Positions 18,090 to 26,291 of a DNA stretch of 64,000 bases are shown here, piece after piece. The number at the start of each line of letters is the position of its first letter. Within the stretch, counting starts at the first letter, position 1. The notes under the pieces were generated by a model. The model had not been told where the DNA came from. It ran no database searches and saw only the letters and a list, made by a program, of their open reading frames with translations. This DNA is from Rhodospirillaceae bacterium (lineage in GTDB: Bacteria > Pseudomonadota > Alphaproteobacteria > Rhodospirillales > UBA2165). Position numbers and translations under genes: made by a program. Location: NCBI GenBank assembly GCA_947467145.1, contig CANIGJ010000003.1, positions 143,065 through 207,064 on the forward strand. Reading direction: 5' to 3'.

Positions 18090-18518
18090 ATGCCCAACTT
18101 AGCAACGCTGTTCGCCGATCTCGAACGATTCCCGCTGTCGATTCTGCAATTCCTGTTCAGAGTGTCGATCGGGTTGGTGTTCTGGTATTCGGGCCTGACC
18201 AAGATCGCGAGCTGGCCGACCACGATCCTTTTGTTCCGGGACGAATACGCCGTTCCGCTTCTGCCGCCGGAGCTCGCCGCGACCTTTGCGACCGCCGTTG
18301 AATTAAGCTGTCCGGTCCTGCTGCTCTTCGGATTGGCGACGCGTCTCGCGACCTTGCCGCTGATCGGCATGACCCTGGTGATCCAGATGTTCGTCTATCC
18401 GGAATCCTGGAGCGTCCATTTGATGTGGATGGCGATCTTGGTGTTCATCCTGACGCGTGGCCCGGGTGCGCTGTCGATCGATCATTGGATCGCGCGTTCG
18501 ATACGGCCGAACGTCTAA
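18090..18518 (+). CDS. DoxX family membrane protein (fourth gene of the bufferin-type operon)
   Basis: ORF 17832..18518 trimmed to the ATG at 18090. 142 aa with 4 predicted TM segments. FLFRVSIGLVFWYSGLTKI... is the DoxX N-terminal motif. It starts 7 nt after bufC. Confidence 0.8.
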   Translation: MPNLATLFADLERFPLSILQFLFRVSIGLVFWYSGLTKIASWPTTILLFRDEYAVPLLPPELAATFATAVELSCPVLLLFGLATRLATLPLIGMTLVIQMFVYPESWSVHLMWMAILVFILTRGPGALSIDHWIARSIRPNV

Positions 18519-18539
18519 CGCGGGCATAGATTGTCTATG

Positions 18540-19352
18540 TTAAGACGTGGTGCGTTTGCGCGGACGTTTCGGCGCGACCTTGGGATAATTGACGGCCGTT
18601 TGGTGCACGTGGTGACCCATCAGGTCGGCCGCTTCGGCGGCTTTGCCCTTTTCGATGAGCTGTAAAATCTGCTCGTGAATTTTCTGAATGCGTTTGCGCG
18701 CCGACAGCGTCAGCTCGACGTCGTCGCGCCGGGTCACCAGACGCAAGGCGCGAAACAGCGAACTCAACACCGGATTCTGCGTGCTCTTGGCGACGCAGAC
18801 ATGGAATGCAAGGCCGTTGTCCTGGAACGCATGTACGGAGCCGATCAGATCGGCGCCGTCCTGCACGATCGCATGTAACTCCTTGATATTGTCGGCAGTG
18901 CGGCGCTGGGCGGCGAGGCGGGCGGCCGTCATCTCGATGACATGTTGCATCTCGAATATCTGCGGCAGGTTCACATCCGCTAGTTTAAACTGTACCGCCA
19001 ACGCCTCGGCGAAACTGTCTGGGTGTCCTTCGGCGATCCAGGCCCCACCTTTCGCCCCTGAGCGAACCTCGATGATGCCAAGACCCTGCAGCGATTGCAG
19101 CGCCTCGCGTGCGGTGCGCCGCCCGACCTTGAATTTTTCTACAAGCGTACTTTCCGAGCCGAGAAAATCGCCGGGACGAAGCAGGTCCTCGAAAAGCTGG
19201 CTCTTGACGTGGGCGACAAGCGCATCCGACGCCCGAGATGACGATTGCGGTTCGAATTCGAGCGGCGAAGAGATCTTGGGGCGGCTTTTTCGCAAAGGCT
19301 GGGTCCGATGGCGACAACGATACGATTGGCGGAAACTATCGTGTTTTCGCAA
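18540..19352 (-). CDS. GntR/FadR family transcriptional regulator
   Basis: N-terminal wHTH LRPGDFLGSESTLVEKFKVGRRTAREALQSLQGLGIIEVRSGAKGGAWI plus an all-helical FCD-like C-terminal domain. The start is uncertain: TTG at 19352, or an in-frame TTG at 19292. Confidence 0.75.
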   Translation of the reverse strand: MRKHDSFRQSYRCRHRTQPLRKSRPKISSPLEFEPQSSSRASDALVAHVKSQLFEDLLRPGDFLGSESTLVEKFKVGRRTAREALQSLQGLGIIEVRSGAKGGAWIAEGHPDSFAEALAVQFKLADVNLPQIFEMQHVIEMTAARLAAQRRTADNIKELHAIVQDGADLIGSVHAFQDNGLAFHVCVAKSTQNPVLSSLFRALRLVTRRDDVELTLSARKRIQKIHEQILQLIEKGKAAEAADLMGHHVHQTAVNYPKVAPKRPRKRTTS

Positions 19353-19420
19353 ATATTCAAACGCTGGTCCGGGACGGCGACCCAGATTCAGCTAGTGTCC
19401 GTATTTGTCGCCTGCTAAAG

Positions 19421-19436
19421 ATGTCATATATGACAT
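19421..19436. promoter_or_regulatory. Perfect 16-bp palindrome ATGTCATATATGACAT, candidate GntR-family operator
   Basis: It reads identically on both strands. It contains the GT-N-AC core typical of GntR/FadR operators. It lies in the divergent intergenic region between the regulator and the Rieske oxygenase gene, just upstream of AAGGAGG (19444-19450). Confidence 0.45.
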
Positions 19437-19457
19437 ATATAAAAAGGAGGCCTCGTC

Positions 19458-20765
19458 ATGACGTCGGCGCGCGATAACGAAACTCTCACGTCGGTCGGTC
19501 CCGGCACACCGATGGGCGAATTGATGCGGCGCTATTGGGTTCCGGCTGCGCTCTCCAGCGAGGTGACCAAAGACGGCGATCCGTTGCGGCTTAAATTGCT
19601 ATGCGAGGACCTGATCGCGTTTCGCGATTCGTCAGGCCGCGTCGGCGTGATGGATCATCGCTGCCCGCATCGTTGTGCCTCCTTGTTCTTCGGGCGCAAC
19701 GAAGAAGGTGGTATCCGTTGCGTCTATCACGGCTGGAAGTTCGACGTCGACGGCAACTGCACCGACATGGCAAATGTGCCGCCGCACCAGGATTTCAAGC
19801 ACAAGGTTCATGCCAAGGCCTATCGCGCCGAAGAACGCGCTGGCCTAATCTGGGTCTATATGGGCGATCAGGCGCGCGTGCCGGCCCTGCCTGATCTGGA
19901 GGTGTTGCAACTGGACGCCGACGCGGTGGGAATCGATGTGTTTCAGCGCGAATGTAATTGGTTGCAGGCGCTCGAAGGCGACATCGATACATCCCACGTC
20001 GATTTCTTGCACGGCGGAACGCGTACGGTCGATGATTTTCCGCCGGACGATCCGCGCCGCTACGGCGCGATCCATCGCGATCCGGAATACACGATTGCGG
20101 AAACGGACTGGGGTACGATGTATGGCGCCCATCGCCCCGCCGATCAGGGACGGCGCTATTGGCGTGTCGCCCATTTCCTGTTTCCGTTTTGGACGATGAC
20201 GCCGGCAGGCGTTTTCGACACCTATATCCATGCGCGCGCCTGGGTGCCGATGGACGATCACCACACCATGGGCTTTGGTCTATCGAAAAAGGGATCGCGC
20301 CTGACGGCGATCGGCAACGCCAAGCAGGGCATTGCGCTTCACGTCGAGGAACGCTTACCCAATACCACCGACCGGTTCGGCCGGTGGCGCTTTGCTGCCA
20401 ACGCGCGCAACGATTACCGGATCGATCGCGCTGCCCAACAATCGCAAATCTATAGCGGCATCACCGGCATCACGCTGCAGGACCAGGCGATGACCGAAAG
20501 CATGGGAGAGGTCGTTGATCGTTCGCTGGAACATCTGGCGCCGAGCGATCGCATGATTGCCGTGACGCGCCGTCGGCTTTTGTTTGCTGCTCAAGCCTTG
20601 CAGAAAGACGCCGTGGCACCTCCCGGCGCCGATGAGCCCGGTGTGTTTCATGGCGCACGTGGCGGCTATTACCTGGCGCCGGAAAATGCCGAATGGCAGG
20701 ATTTTTATAAAGAAAGACTCACCTCGGTACGCCGCCAAGCCAGCTCCGCCGCAGCGGCGGAATAA
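19458..20765 (+). CDS. Rieske (2Fe-2S) non-heme iron oxygenase, alpha-only (phthalate/VanA/PobA-like family)
   Basis: Rieske motif CPHRCASLFFG...CVYHGWKF. The catalytic domain has NWLQALEGDIDTSHVDFLH (Fe ligands). No beta subunit follows. There is a strong RBS. Confidence 0.85.
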   Translation: MTSARDNETLTSVGPGTPMGELMRRYWVPAALSSEVTKDGDPLRLKLLCEDLIAFRDSSGRVGVMDHRCPHRCASLFFGRNEEGGIRCVYHGWKFDVDGNCTDMANVPPHQDFKHKVHAKAYRAEERAGLIWVYMGDQARVPALPDLEVLQLDADAVGIDVFQRECNWLQALEGDIDTSHVDFLHGGTRTVDDFPPDDPRRYGAIHRDPEYTIAETDWGTMYGAHRPADQGRRYWRVAHFLFPFWTMTPAGVFDTYIHARAWVPMDDHHTMGFGLSKKGSRLTAIGNAKQGIALHVEERLPNTTDRFGRWRFAANARNDYRIDRAAQQSQIYSGITGITLQDQAMTESMGEVVDRSLEHLAPSDRMIAVTRRRLLFAAQALQKDAVAPPGADEPGVFHGARGGYYLAPENAEWQDFYKERLTSVRRQASSAAAAE

Positions 20766-20808
20766 AGCAATAATCAAGTATAATCCTACAGGGAAGATCG
20801 GACCAACC

Positions 20809-22353
20809 ATGCTCACATTCGCATATCGACTGACGGTCTGCGCCGTCGCACTTGTCATGTCGGCGACACCGGGCTTCGCGCAGAAATCCAAGGATACCTT
20901 CCGCCAATTGCATGCGCAGGCGATTGCGACGCTCGATCCGTATCTCGATCCGCGGCCCGAAGTGTATTTCGCCAGCGAGATGCCGTTCGACCGATTGATC
21001 ATGCTGGACGAAGGGGCCGAGAAATTCGTCGGCAATCTTGCGCGATCCTGGGCCCGCCCCGATACCAAGACGATCGAGATGGAGTTGCGTGACGACGTCA
21101 CCTGGAGCGACGGACAGAAATTCACGGCGGACGACGTTATTTATACGCTGGGGTATCTGTCCAATCCGAAGTCGAATTTTCGCTTCGCGAGCGATTACGA
21201 CTGGATCGAGCGCGTCGAGAAGCTCGGGCCGCACAAGATTAGGATCGTCGCATCGCGTACTGTTCCTTACGACCTGGCGCGGCTAGGTGGATACACCTTT
21301 ATGTTTCCTCAGCACGTTCACGGGCCGCTTGAGTCCAAGCAGGATTTTGGCCGTGCTCCCGTTGGAACCGGCCCGTACAAAATCGTGCAGGTCGACAAGA
21401 ACACGGGAATTCGTGCGGAAAAGCGTACCGACCATGTCCACGCCAATAACGTAAAGAAGTCGCCATCGATTAAAAATGTGGTTCTGCGCGGTGTGCCGGA
21501 CCGGGGAACGCGCGTCGCCGAGCTTTTGGCCGGCAATGTTGATGCGATCCACGACGTCTCGCCCGATCAGGCCGAAGATTTGGCCAAGTCGCCGCAATTG
21601 GCCATGACGGTGACACTTCCCTTCGCCTATCAATACATGATGATCGATATGAAGGGGCGCAGCGGTGTGGCTCCGCTTAAGGACAGGCGCGTGCGGGCCG
21701 CGATACTGCACGCGATCGATCCGGAGGCGATCAACATAATGATCGGCGGAAAGTCCGTTAGCCTGACGCGCCCGCCGGCGCTGTGCCACCCGATGCAGCT
21801 TGGCTGCGACTATTCGCTCGAAACGCCGAAGTTCGACCGGGCGAAGGCGCGCGGCCTTTTGGCCGAGGCCGGCGTCCCATCCGGTTTCGACGTCGCGATC
21901 ACGACGAACAGTCTCGCCGGAAAGGATATCGCCGAGGTCGTGGCCGGTCAGCTGCGTGCGATTGGCATCCGCGCCAACGTCGACCCGCAAACCTTTGCCG
22001 CCTATCGCCAACTGCAGAGCGACGGCAAGATCAATATGATGATTTCTGGCTGGGGCGGCGGTGGGTTGCCAGATGTCGGCGGCACGCTTGATTTCCTGTT
22101 CGAGGGCGGCTCGCGCGATTATCACGGCGTGCCCGGTTGGGTTGAAGCCGCGCAGAAGGCCAACACTGAAAACGACGATCGGGCGCGACGCGCCATCGTG
22201 AAAAAACTTTTCGACGAGGTAACGACGGAAGGTTATATCGTGCCGATGGCGCCGATCCCGCGCTTTTGGATGCATACCCGTGAGGTCAAGATCGCGACGC
22301 CCAGCAGCTTCAATGCCTACGGTGCGGATGCATGGGGCTTTTCGTGGGAGTAG
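20809..22353 (+). CDS. ABC transporter substrate-binding protein, family 5 (peptide/nickel/opine type)
   Basis: ORF 20584..22353 trimmed to the ATG at 20809 (MLTFAYRLTVCAVALVMSATPGFAQ, a signal peptide). The length (about 514 aa) and the WSDGQKFTADDV.YT motif are typical of SBP_bac_5. There are no adjacent permease or ATPase genes. Confidence 0.8.
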   Translation: MLTFAYRLTVCAVALVMSATPGFAQKSKDTFRQLHAQAIATLDPYLDPRPEVYFASEMPFDRLIMLDEGAEKFVGNLARSWARPDTKTIEMELRDDVTWSDGQKFTADDVIYTLGYLSNPKSNFRFASDYDWIERVEKLGPHKIRIVASRTVPYDLARLGGYTFMFPQHVHGPLESKQDFGRAPVGTGPYKIVQVDKNTGIRAEKRTDHVHANNVKKSPSIKNVVLRGVPDRGTRVAELLAGNVDAIHDVSPDQAEDLAKSPQLAMTVTLPFAYQYMMIDMKGRSGVAPLKDRRVRAAILHAIDPEAINIMIGGKSVSLTRPPALCHPMQLGCDYSLETPKFDRAKARGLLAEAGVPSGFDVAITTNSLAGKDIAEVVAGQLRAIGIRANVDPQTFAAYRQLQSDGKINMMISGWGGGGLPDVGGTLDFLFEGGSRDYHGVPGWVEAAQKANTENDDRARRAIVKKLFDEVTTEGYIVPMAPIPRFWMHTREVKIATPSSFNAYGADAWGFSWE

Positions 22354-22360
22354 CTTGGCG

Positions 22361-22988
22361 TCAGCGCGTCGGCAGCACCTGGCCGACATAGGCCGAACAG
22401 CCGACGACGATGCCCATGGCGAGCATGTGAATCCCCCAATCGCCGAGATTCATTTCGAAGCCATGGAAAAACTGTAACAGGGCGACAGCCGCCGACGAGA
22501 TGGCCAAACCGGCCATGGCGGACGCCGACCAGCCGAGATGCGCGCGGTGGAGGCGGAGCAGTGGGAACAGCAGCAGGGCAATCGGGATGCTGGTCGCCAG
22601 GATGAACAGGAAGCAATCCGGGCTATGACCGTAGAGTAGCTGCTCGGCCGGCTTGTCGAGCGGAACGTCGATGCCAATAGCTCACCGTCAGGGCCTGCCA
22701 GACGACGAACAGCACGAGCGGGGTCACGCGCCACCGCAAGGTGCGCCCGCGGACATGGATGCGGAAGGCGGCGACCGCTGCGGCCGCGCTCGTCAGGACG
22801 GCGCCCAGCAATTCCAGCCGTTCTTCGGGGTCATGCAGGGCGCGATCGATCAGATGGGGCTTGGCGAAAAACAAGACGAACAAACCCGCCGCCCCGGCCA
22901 GCACAGCCAGAACGCTTAGGGCGCTTAACAGCGGCGCCGAGCCAACAAAAAGGGCAAGGGCGCCGGGGCGCTTGCCTGTCTCGCTCAA
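22361..22988 (-). pseudogene. Frame-interrupted orphan NrsF (DUF1109) paralog
   Basis: Two frames together align to the NrsF at 14891-15535. The upstream ORF (22623..22988) gives ..LELLGAVLTSAAAAVAAFRIHVRGRTLRWRVTPLVLFVVWQALTV. My translation of the frame that is open from 22681 down to the TGA at 22361 gives AIGIDVPLDKPAEQLLYGHSPDCFLFILATSIPIALLL...LLQFFHGFEMNLGDWGIHMLAMGIVV. A 1-nt shift is needed near 22680. Confidence 0.6.
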
Positions 22989-23082
22989 GTTGACGGTCTT
23001 TCTAAGATGAGGCCTGTCTAGACAGGAAAATAGCGACTCGGCCCAGCTTTGACGAGAGACGGATTACCCGGGGGTCGGGGGG

Positions 23083-23120
23083 CAAAACGAAAGCCCGCCA
23101 CTGGGGTCAGTGACGGGCTT
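23083..23120 (-). terminator. Rho-independent terminator downstream of the LigB-type dioxygenase gene
   Basis: Minus strand: AAGCCCGTCACTGACCCCAGTGGCGGGCTT followed by TCGTTTTG. The GC-rich stem-loop lies 26 nt after the stop at 23146. Confidence 0.6.
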
Positions 23121-23145
23121 CGGTTCGATCCGAGACGGTCTGCGG

Positions 23146-24162
23146 TTACTGCCAGGTGGCAAACGCCATGGCGTTGCCGGTGCCCGCTTCGGAGCGGTAG
23201 CACGGCACGTAATCGAGCAGGTTCATTTCGTAGTTCGTGGTCGACAGAACGCCCAAGGTCGCGATCCAGTTCTTGGTCTCCGACGTGCCCGAATTGAAGA
23301 TGATGTTGGGCTCGCTGATGATCGTCTTATAGTCGCGGGTCTGCATCGCCTTCAGCATCTTGCGGTCCCACGCCTCGTCGATGACGAAGTGCGACAGCCC
23401 ACCCGACGCCACGACCAGCACGCGCTTGTCGCTGTCCCACTTCTGGATGCCGCGGCTGATCGCCTGGCCCAGCTCGAAGCAGCGCTTCGGCGTCGGCTGG
23501 TTGGGCGGGAAGAAGGTGTTGATCAGCACCGGCACCAGCGGGATCGCCTTGTCCTTCAGGATGCGGCGATAGATGAAGGTGACCGCATGGCCGATGCCGC
23601 GCGGGCCTTCCGGGCCTTCCGGCACCTTTTCCGATGCGGTGACGTCGAATTCCGACTCCATGCATTCGGCGACGATGGTGTTGGCGAGATCGGGCACGCA
23701 GTCGTACCAGGTATCGACCGGTGTATGGCGCGACGCTTCGACGAGCTGCACCGCGGGGTCCTTGTGCGCGTGCTTGGCGGCTTCGTAGCCCGTGTTCAGC
23801 ACCTTGTCGCCGGAGAAGATCGAATAACTCGGCTGCACGTCGTCGAAGAACCATTCATGCTGGTCATCGCCGATCAGCACGATCACATCGGGTTTCATCT
23901 TCTGGACGGTTTCGCCCAGCTTATCGAGCGCCACCTGGCAGCGGTTGAACCGTTCGGCGCGCACGTCGGGCAGGATTTCCTTCTCGAAATGCTCCTGCTC
24001 GCTGTTGCGCTTGGCGAGTAGCTGCGGGAAATCGTACACGCCGCCGCGGAAATGGTGCTCTTTCAGGTTGCGGTCGAAATTGGCGCGCAGCGGCCATTGT
24101 TCCGCGGGGAGAATAAGCAGTGGCCCGTGGGACGATCCCATCCCGCCGACGATCTTTGCCAT
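23146..24162 (-). CDS. Class III extradiol ring-cleavage dioxygenase (LigB family)
   Basis: ORF 23146..24222 trimmed to the ATG at 24162, which follows AAGGAAAG. MAKIVGGMGSSHGP... and later VLVVASGGLSHF are LigB-family hallmarks. 338 aa. Confidence 0.75.
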   Translation of the reverse strand: MAKIVGGMGSSHGPLLILPAEQWPLRANFDRNLKEHHFRGGVYDFPQLLAKRNSEQEHFEKEILPDVRAERFNRCQVALDKLGETVQKMKPDVIVLIGDDQHEWFFDDVQPSYSIFSGDKVLNTGYEAAKHAHKDPAVQLVEASRHTPVDTWYDCVPDLANTIVAECMESEFDVTASEKVPEGPEGPRGIGHAVTFIYRRILKDKAIPLVPVLINTFFPPNQPTPKRCFELGQAISRGIQKWDSDKRVLVVASGGLSHFVIDEAWDRKMLKAMQTRDYKTIISEPNIIFNSGTSETKNWIATLGVLSTTNYEMNLLDYVPCYRSEAGTGNAMAFATWQ

Positions 24163-24309
24163 GACGCGACTTTCCTTTGAATGATTCTCAATAAGAGTTG
24201 GCGCAAAAAATGACAGGATCAACGAAGTCCGTCAATCGGCGGGCCTTGACCGCGATCAAGGCCGCCCGCGCGGCCTTGGCCCATGCTAGAGTCCTGAAAC
24301 TCTGGGGAT

Positions 24310-24867
24310 TTGGTCGTGCCTTTGTTCAATTCCATCGACCGTTATGGCGCTATGGCTCGGACCCTTCACTGGGCCACCGCGCTCCTGGTCGGGGCCGCTT
24401 GGCTGCTGGGGCAGATCGGCGAGGATATCGGCGGCCACGGCCCGCGTGCTGCGGGGCTTATCGCGCATGTCATGGTTGGCCTCGCCGTACTCGTGACGTT
24501 GACCCTACGCGTCGGCTGGCGCCTTATCGACACGCCGCCGCCGGCCGAGGCGACACCGCTTGGTTCTCTCGCGGATCGCGCCGCGGGCCTCGTCCATTAC
24601 CTACTGCTGTTTCTTCTGCTAGCCGCGCCCCTCGCCGGAGTGGCGTACCAGTTCGCGCGCGGTGAGCCGTTGTACCTGTTCGGATTTGCCGAGATCGCCT
24701 CGCCCCTGACTTTGTCGCGCGATGTCGCGCGCGGCATCAAGGAACTGCATGAGGCTTTTGCCAACGCGCTCCTGGTCCTGGCATTGCTGCACGCGCTGGC
24801 GGCGCTGGGTCATCATTGGATCTTGCGCGACCGCGTGCTGAAGCGGATGTGGCCGTTTTCCGATTGA
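24310..24867 (+). CDS. Cytochrome b561 family protein
   Basis: 185 aa with 4 TM segments. The conserved His positions are RTLHWATALLV, AHVMVG, HEAFANALLVLALLHALAALGHH. Confidence 0.75.
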   Translation: MVVPLFNSIDRYGAMARTLHWATALLVGAAWLLGQIGEDIGGHGPRAAGLIAHVMVGLAVLVTLTLRVGWRLIDTPPPAEATPLGSLADRAAGLVHYLLLFLLLAAPLAGVAYQFARGEPLYLFGFAEIASPLTLSRDVARGIKELHEAFANALLVLALLHALAALGHHWILRDRVLKRMWPFSD

Positions 24868-24870
24868 CGG

Positions 24871-26091
24871 CTAGAGCGCCGCGTAATCGACGGGTTGAGC
24901 GATATCGATGCGCTTGCCGGCGGGAGGCATCGGGTATTTAAGCCCCGTCGCGCAATTGAACAGCAGGGCACGCTCGCCCGGATCGATACGGCCCGTCTTC
25001 AGTTCCTTCTTGTAGGCGGCGTAGGTCGCGGCTCCTTCCGGGCACATTAGCACGCCGTCGCTTTGTGCGACCTCCGCCAGTCCCGCCGCGATCTCGTCGT
25101 CATCGACCGCGGTGGCGAACCCATTCGAGGCGCGCACGGCGCGCAGGATCAGGAAATCGCCGACGGCGGCGGGCACCCGGATGCCGGCGGCATATGTATG
25201 GGCATCTTCCCAGCGCTTGGCGAATTCCTCGCCTTGTTCGAACGCGCGCACCATCGGCGCGCACCCGGCGGCCTGCACCGCGACCATGCGTGGACGTTTC
25301 TTGCCGATCCAGCCGATTTGGCCCAATTCCTCGAAAGCTTTCCACATGCCGATCAGGCCGGTGCCGCCGCCGGTCGGGTAGAGGATCACATCGGGGACCT
25401 CCCAGCCCAATTGCTCGGCCAATTCGAGTCCCATCGTTTTCTTGCCTTCGATGCGATAAGGCTCCTTTAGGGTCGAAGTATCGAACCAGTTCATGATGTC
25501 CTTGCCGGCGCCGACGATCTTGCCGCAATCGTCGATCAGGCCGTTGACCAGATAGGTCCGCCCGCCTTGCAGGGCGATCTCGCGCACATTCACTTCCGGT
25601 GTGTCGTCGGGGCAGAAAATATAGGTCTCGATGCCGGCGCGTGAGCAGTATGCCGCGAGGGCCGCACCCGCATTGCCGTTGGTCGGCATTGCCATGCGGG
25701 TCACGCCCAATTCCTTGGCCATCGCGACGGCGAGCGCCAGGCCGCGTGCCTTGAACGAACCGGTCGGCAAGCGGCCCTCGTCCTTGACCAGCAGCTCGGC
25801 GGCACCCAGACGCTTGGCGGTTCGCTCGAGCGGCAGAATAGGCGTCATGACCTCGCCAAGGCGCACGACGTTCTCGGCGCGTCGCACGGGCAGGAATTCG
25901 CGGTAGCGCCAGAATTCCGGCAGGCGTGCCGCGATGGCGGCTTTGGTCACACTCTTGGCCAGTGACTCGAGGTCATAGCGCACGAGCAAAGGCTTGCCGG
26001 CCTTGGATAGGCCCTGAAGTGTGTCGGCGGGATAACGTTCGCCAGTCAGGCTGCATTCGAGATGCGTGACGAAAGTCGGCGTTTCAACCAT
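24871..26091 (-). CDS. Threonine synthase family PLP-dependent enzyme
   Basis: 406 aa. The PLP-lysine motif is LPTGSFKARGLA, with a GNAGAALAAY and PTGGGTGLIG glycine-rich loop. It is of the short threonine synthase type. Confidence 0.8.
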   Translation of the reverse strand: MVETPTFVTHLECSLTGERYPADTLQGLSKAGKPLLVRYDLESLAKSVTKAAIAARLPEFWRYREFLPVRRAENVVRLGEVMTPILPLERTAKRLGAAELLVKDEGRLPTGSFKARGLALAVAMAKELGVTRMAMPTNGNAGAALAAYCSRAGIETYIFCPDDTPEVNVREIALQGGRTYLVNGLIDDCGKIVGAGKDIMNWFDTSTLKEPYRIEGKKTMGLELAEQLGWEVPDVILYPTGGGTGLIGMWKAFEELGQIGWIGKKRPRMVAVQAAGCAPMVRAFEQGEEFAKRWEDAHTYAAGIRVPAAVGDFLILRAVRASNGFATAVDDDEIAAGLAEVAQSDGVLMCPEGAATYAAYKKELKTGRIDPGERALLFNCATGLKYPMPPAGKRIDIAQPVDYAAL

Positions 26092-26291
26092 TGCGACGCT
26101 CCAAGGTTACGATGTGCGCGCCGTAGCATATTGATCCGGCGCGGTGATTGGGAATCCTACTTACCCGTGTCGTTGAAGAGCGCAAACCCCTTTCAATTGC
26201 CTTGAGAACGAATCAGAGACATTTTCGCCAAGTATAAAAACGCTGGCGATAACAATCGGCCATAAGGCCATGTTCTTGAGGAGTACGCAGA

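Noticed and set aside
24242-24263. Inverted repeat GGCCTTGA-N6-TCAAGGCC in the divergent region between the LigB-type dioxygenase and cytochrome b561 genes.
   Set aside because: An 8-bp GC-rich stem can occur by chance in DNA of about 65% GC. It has no T-tract and I recognise no consensus, so I cannot tell an operator from chance.
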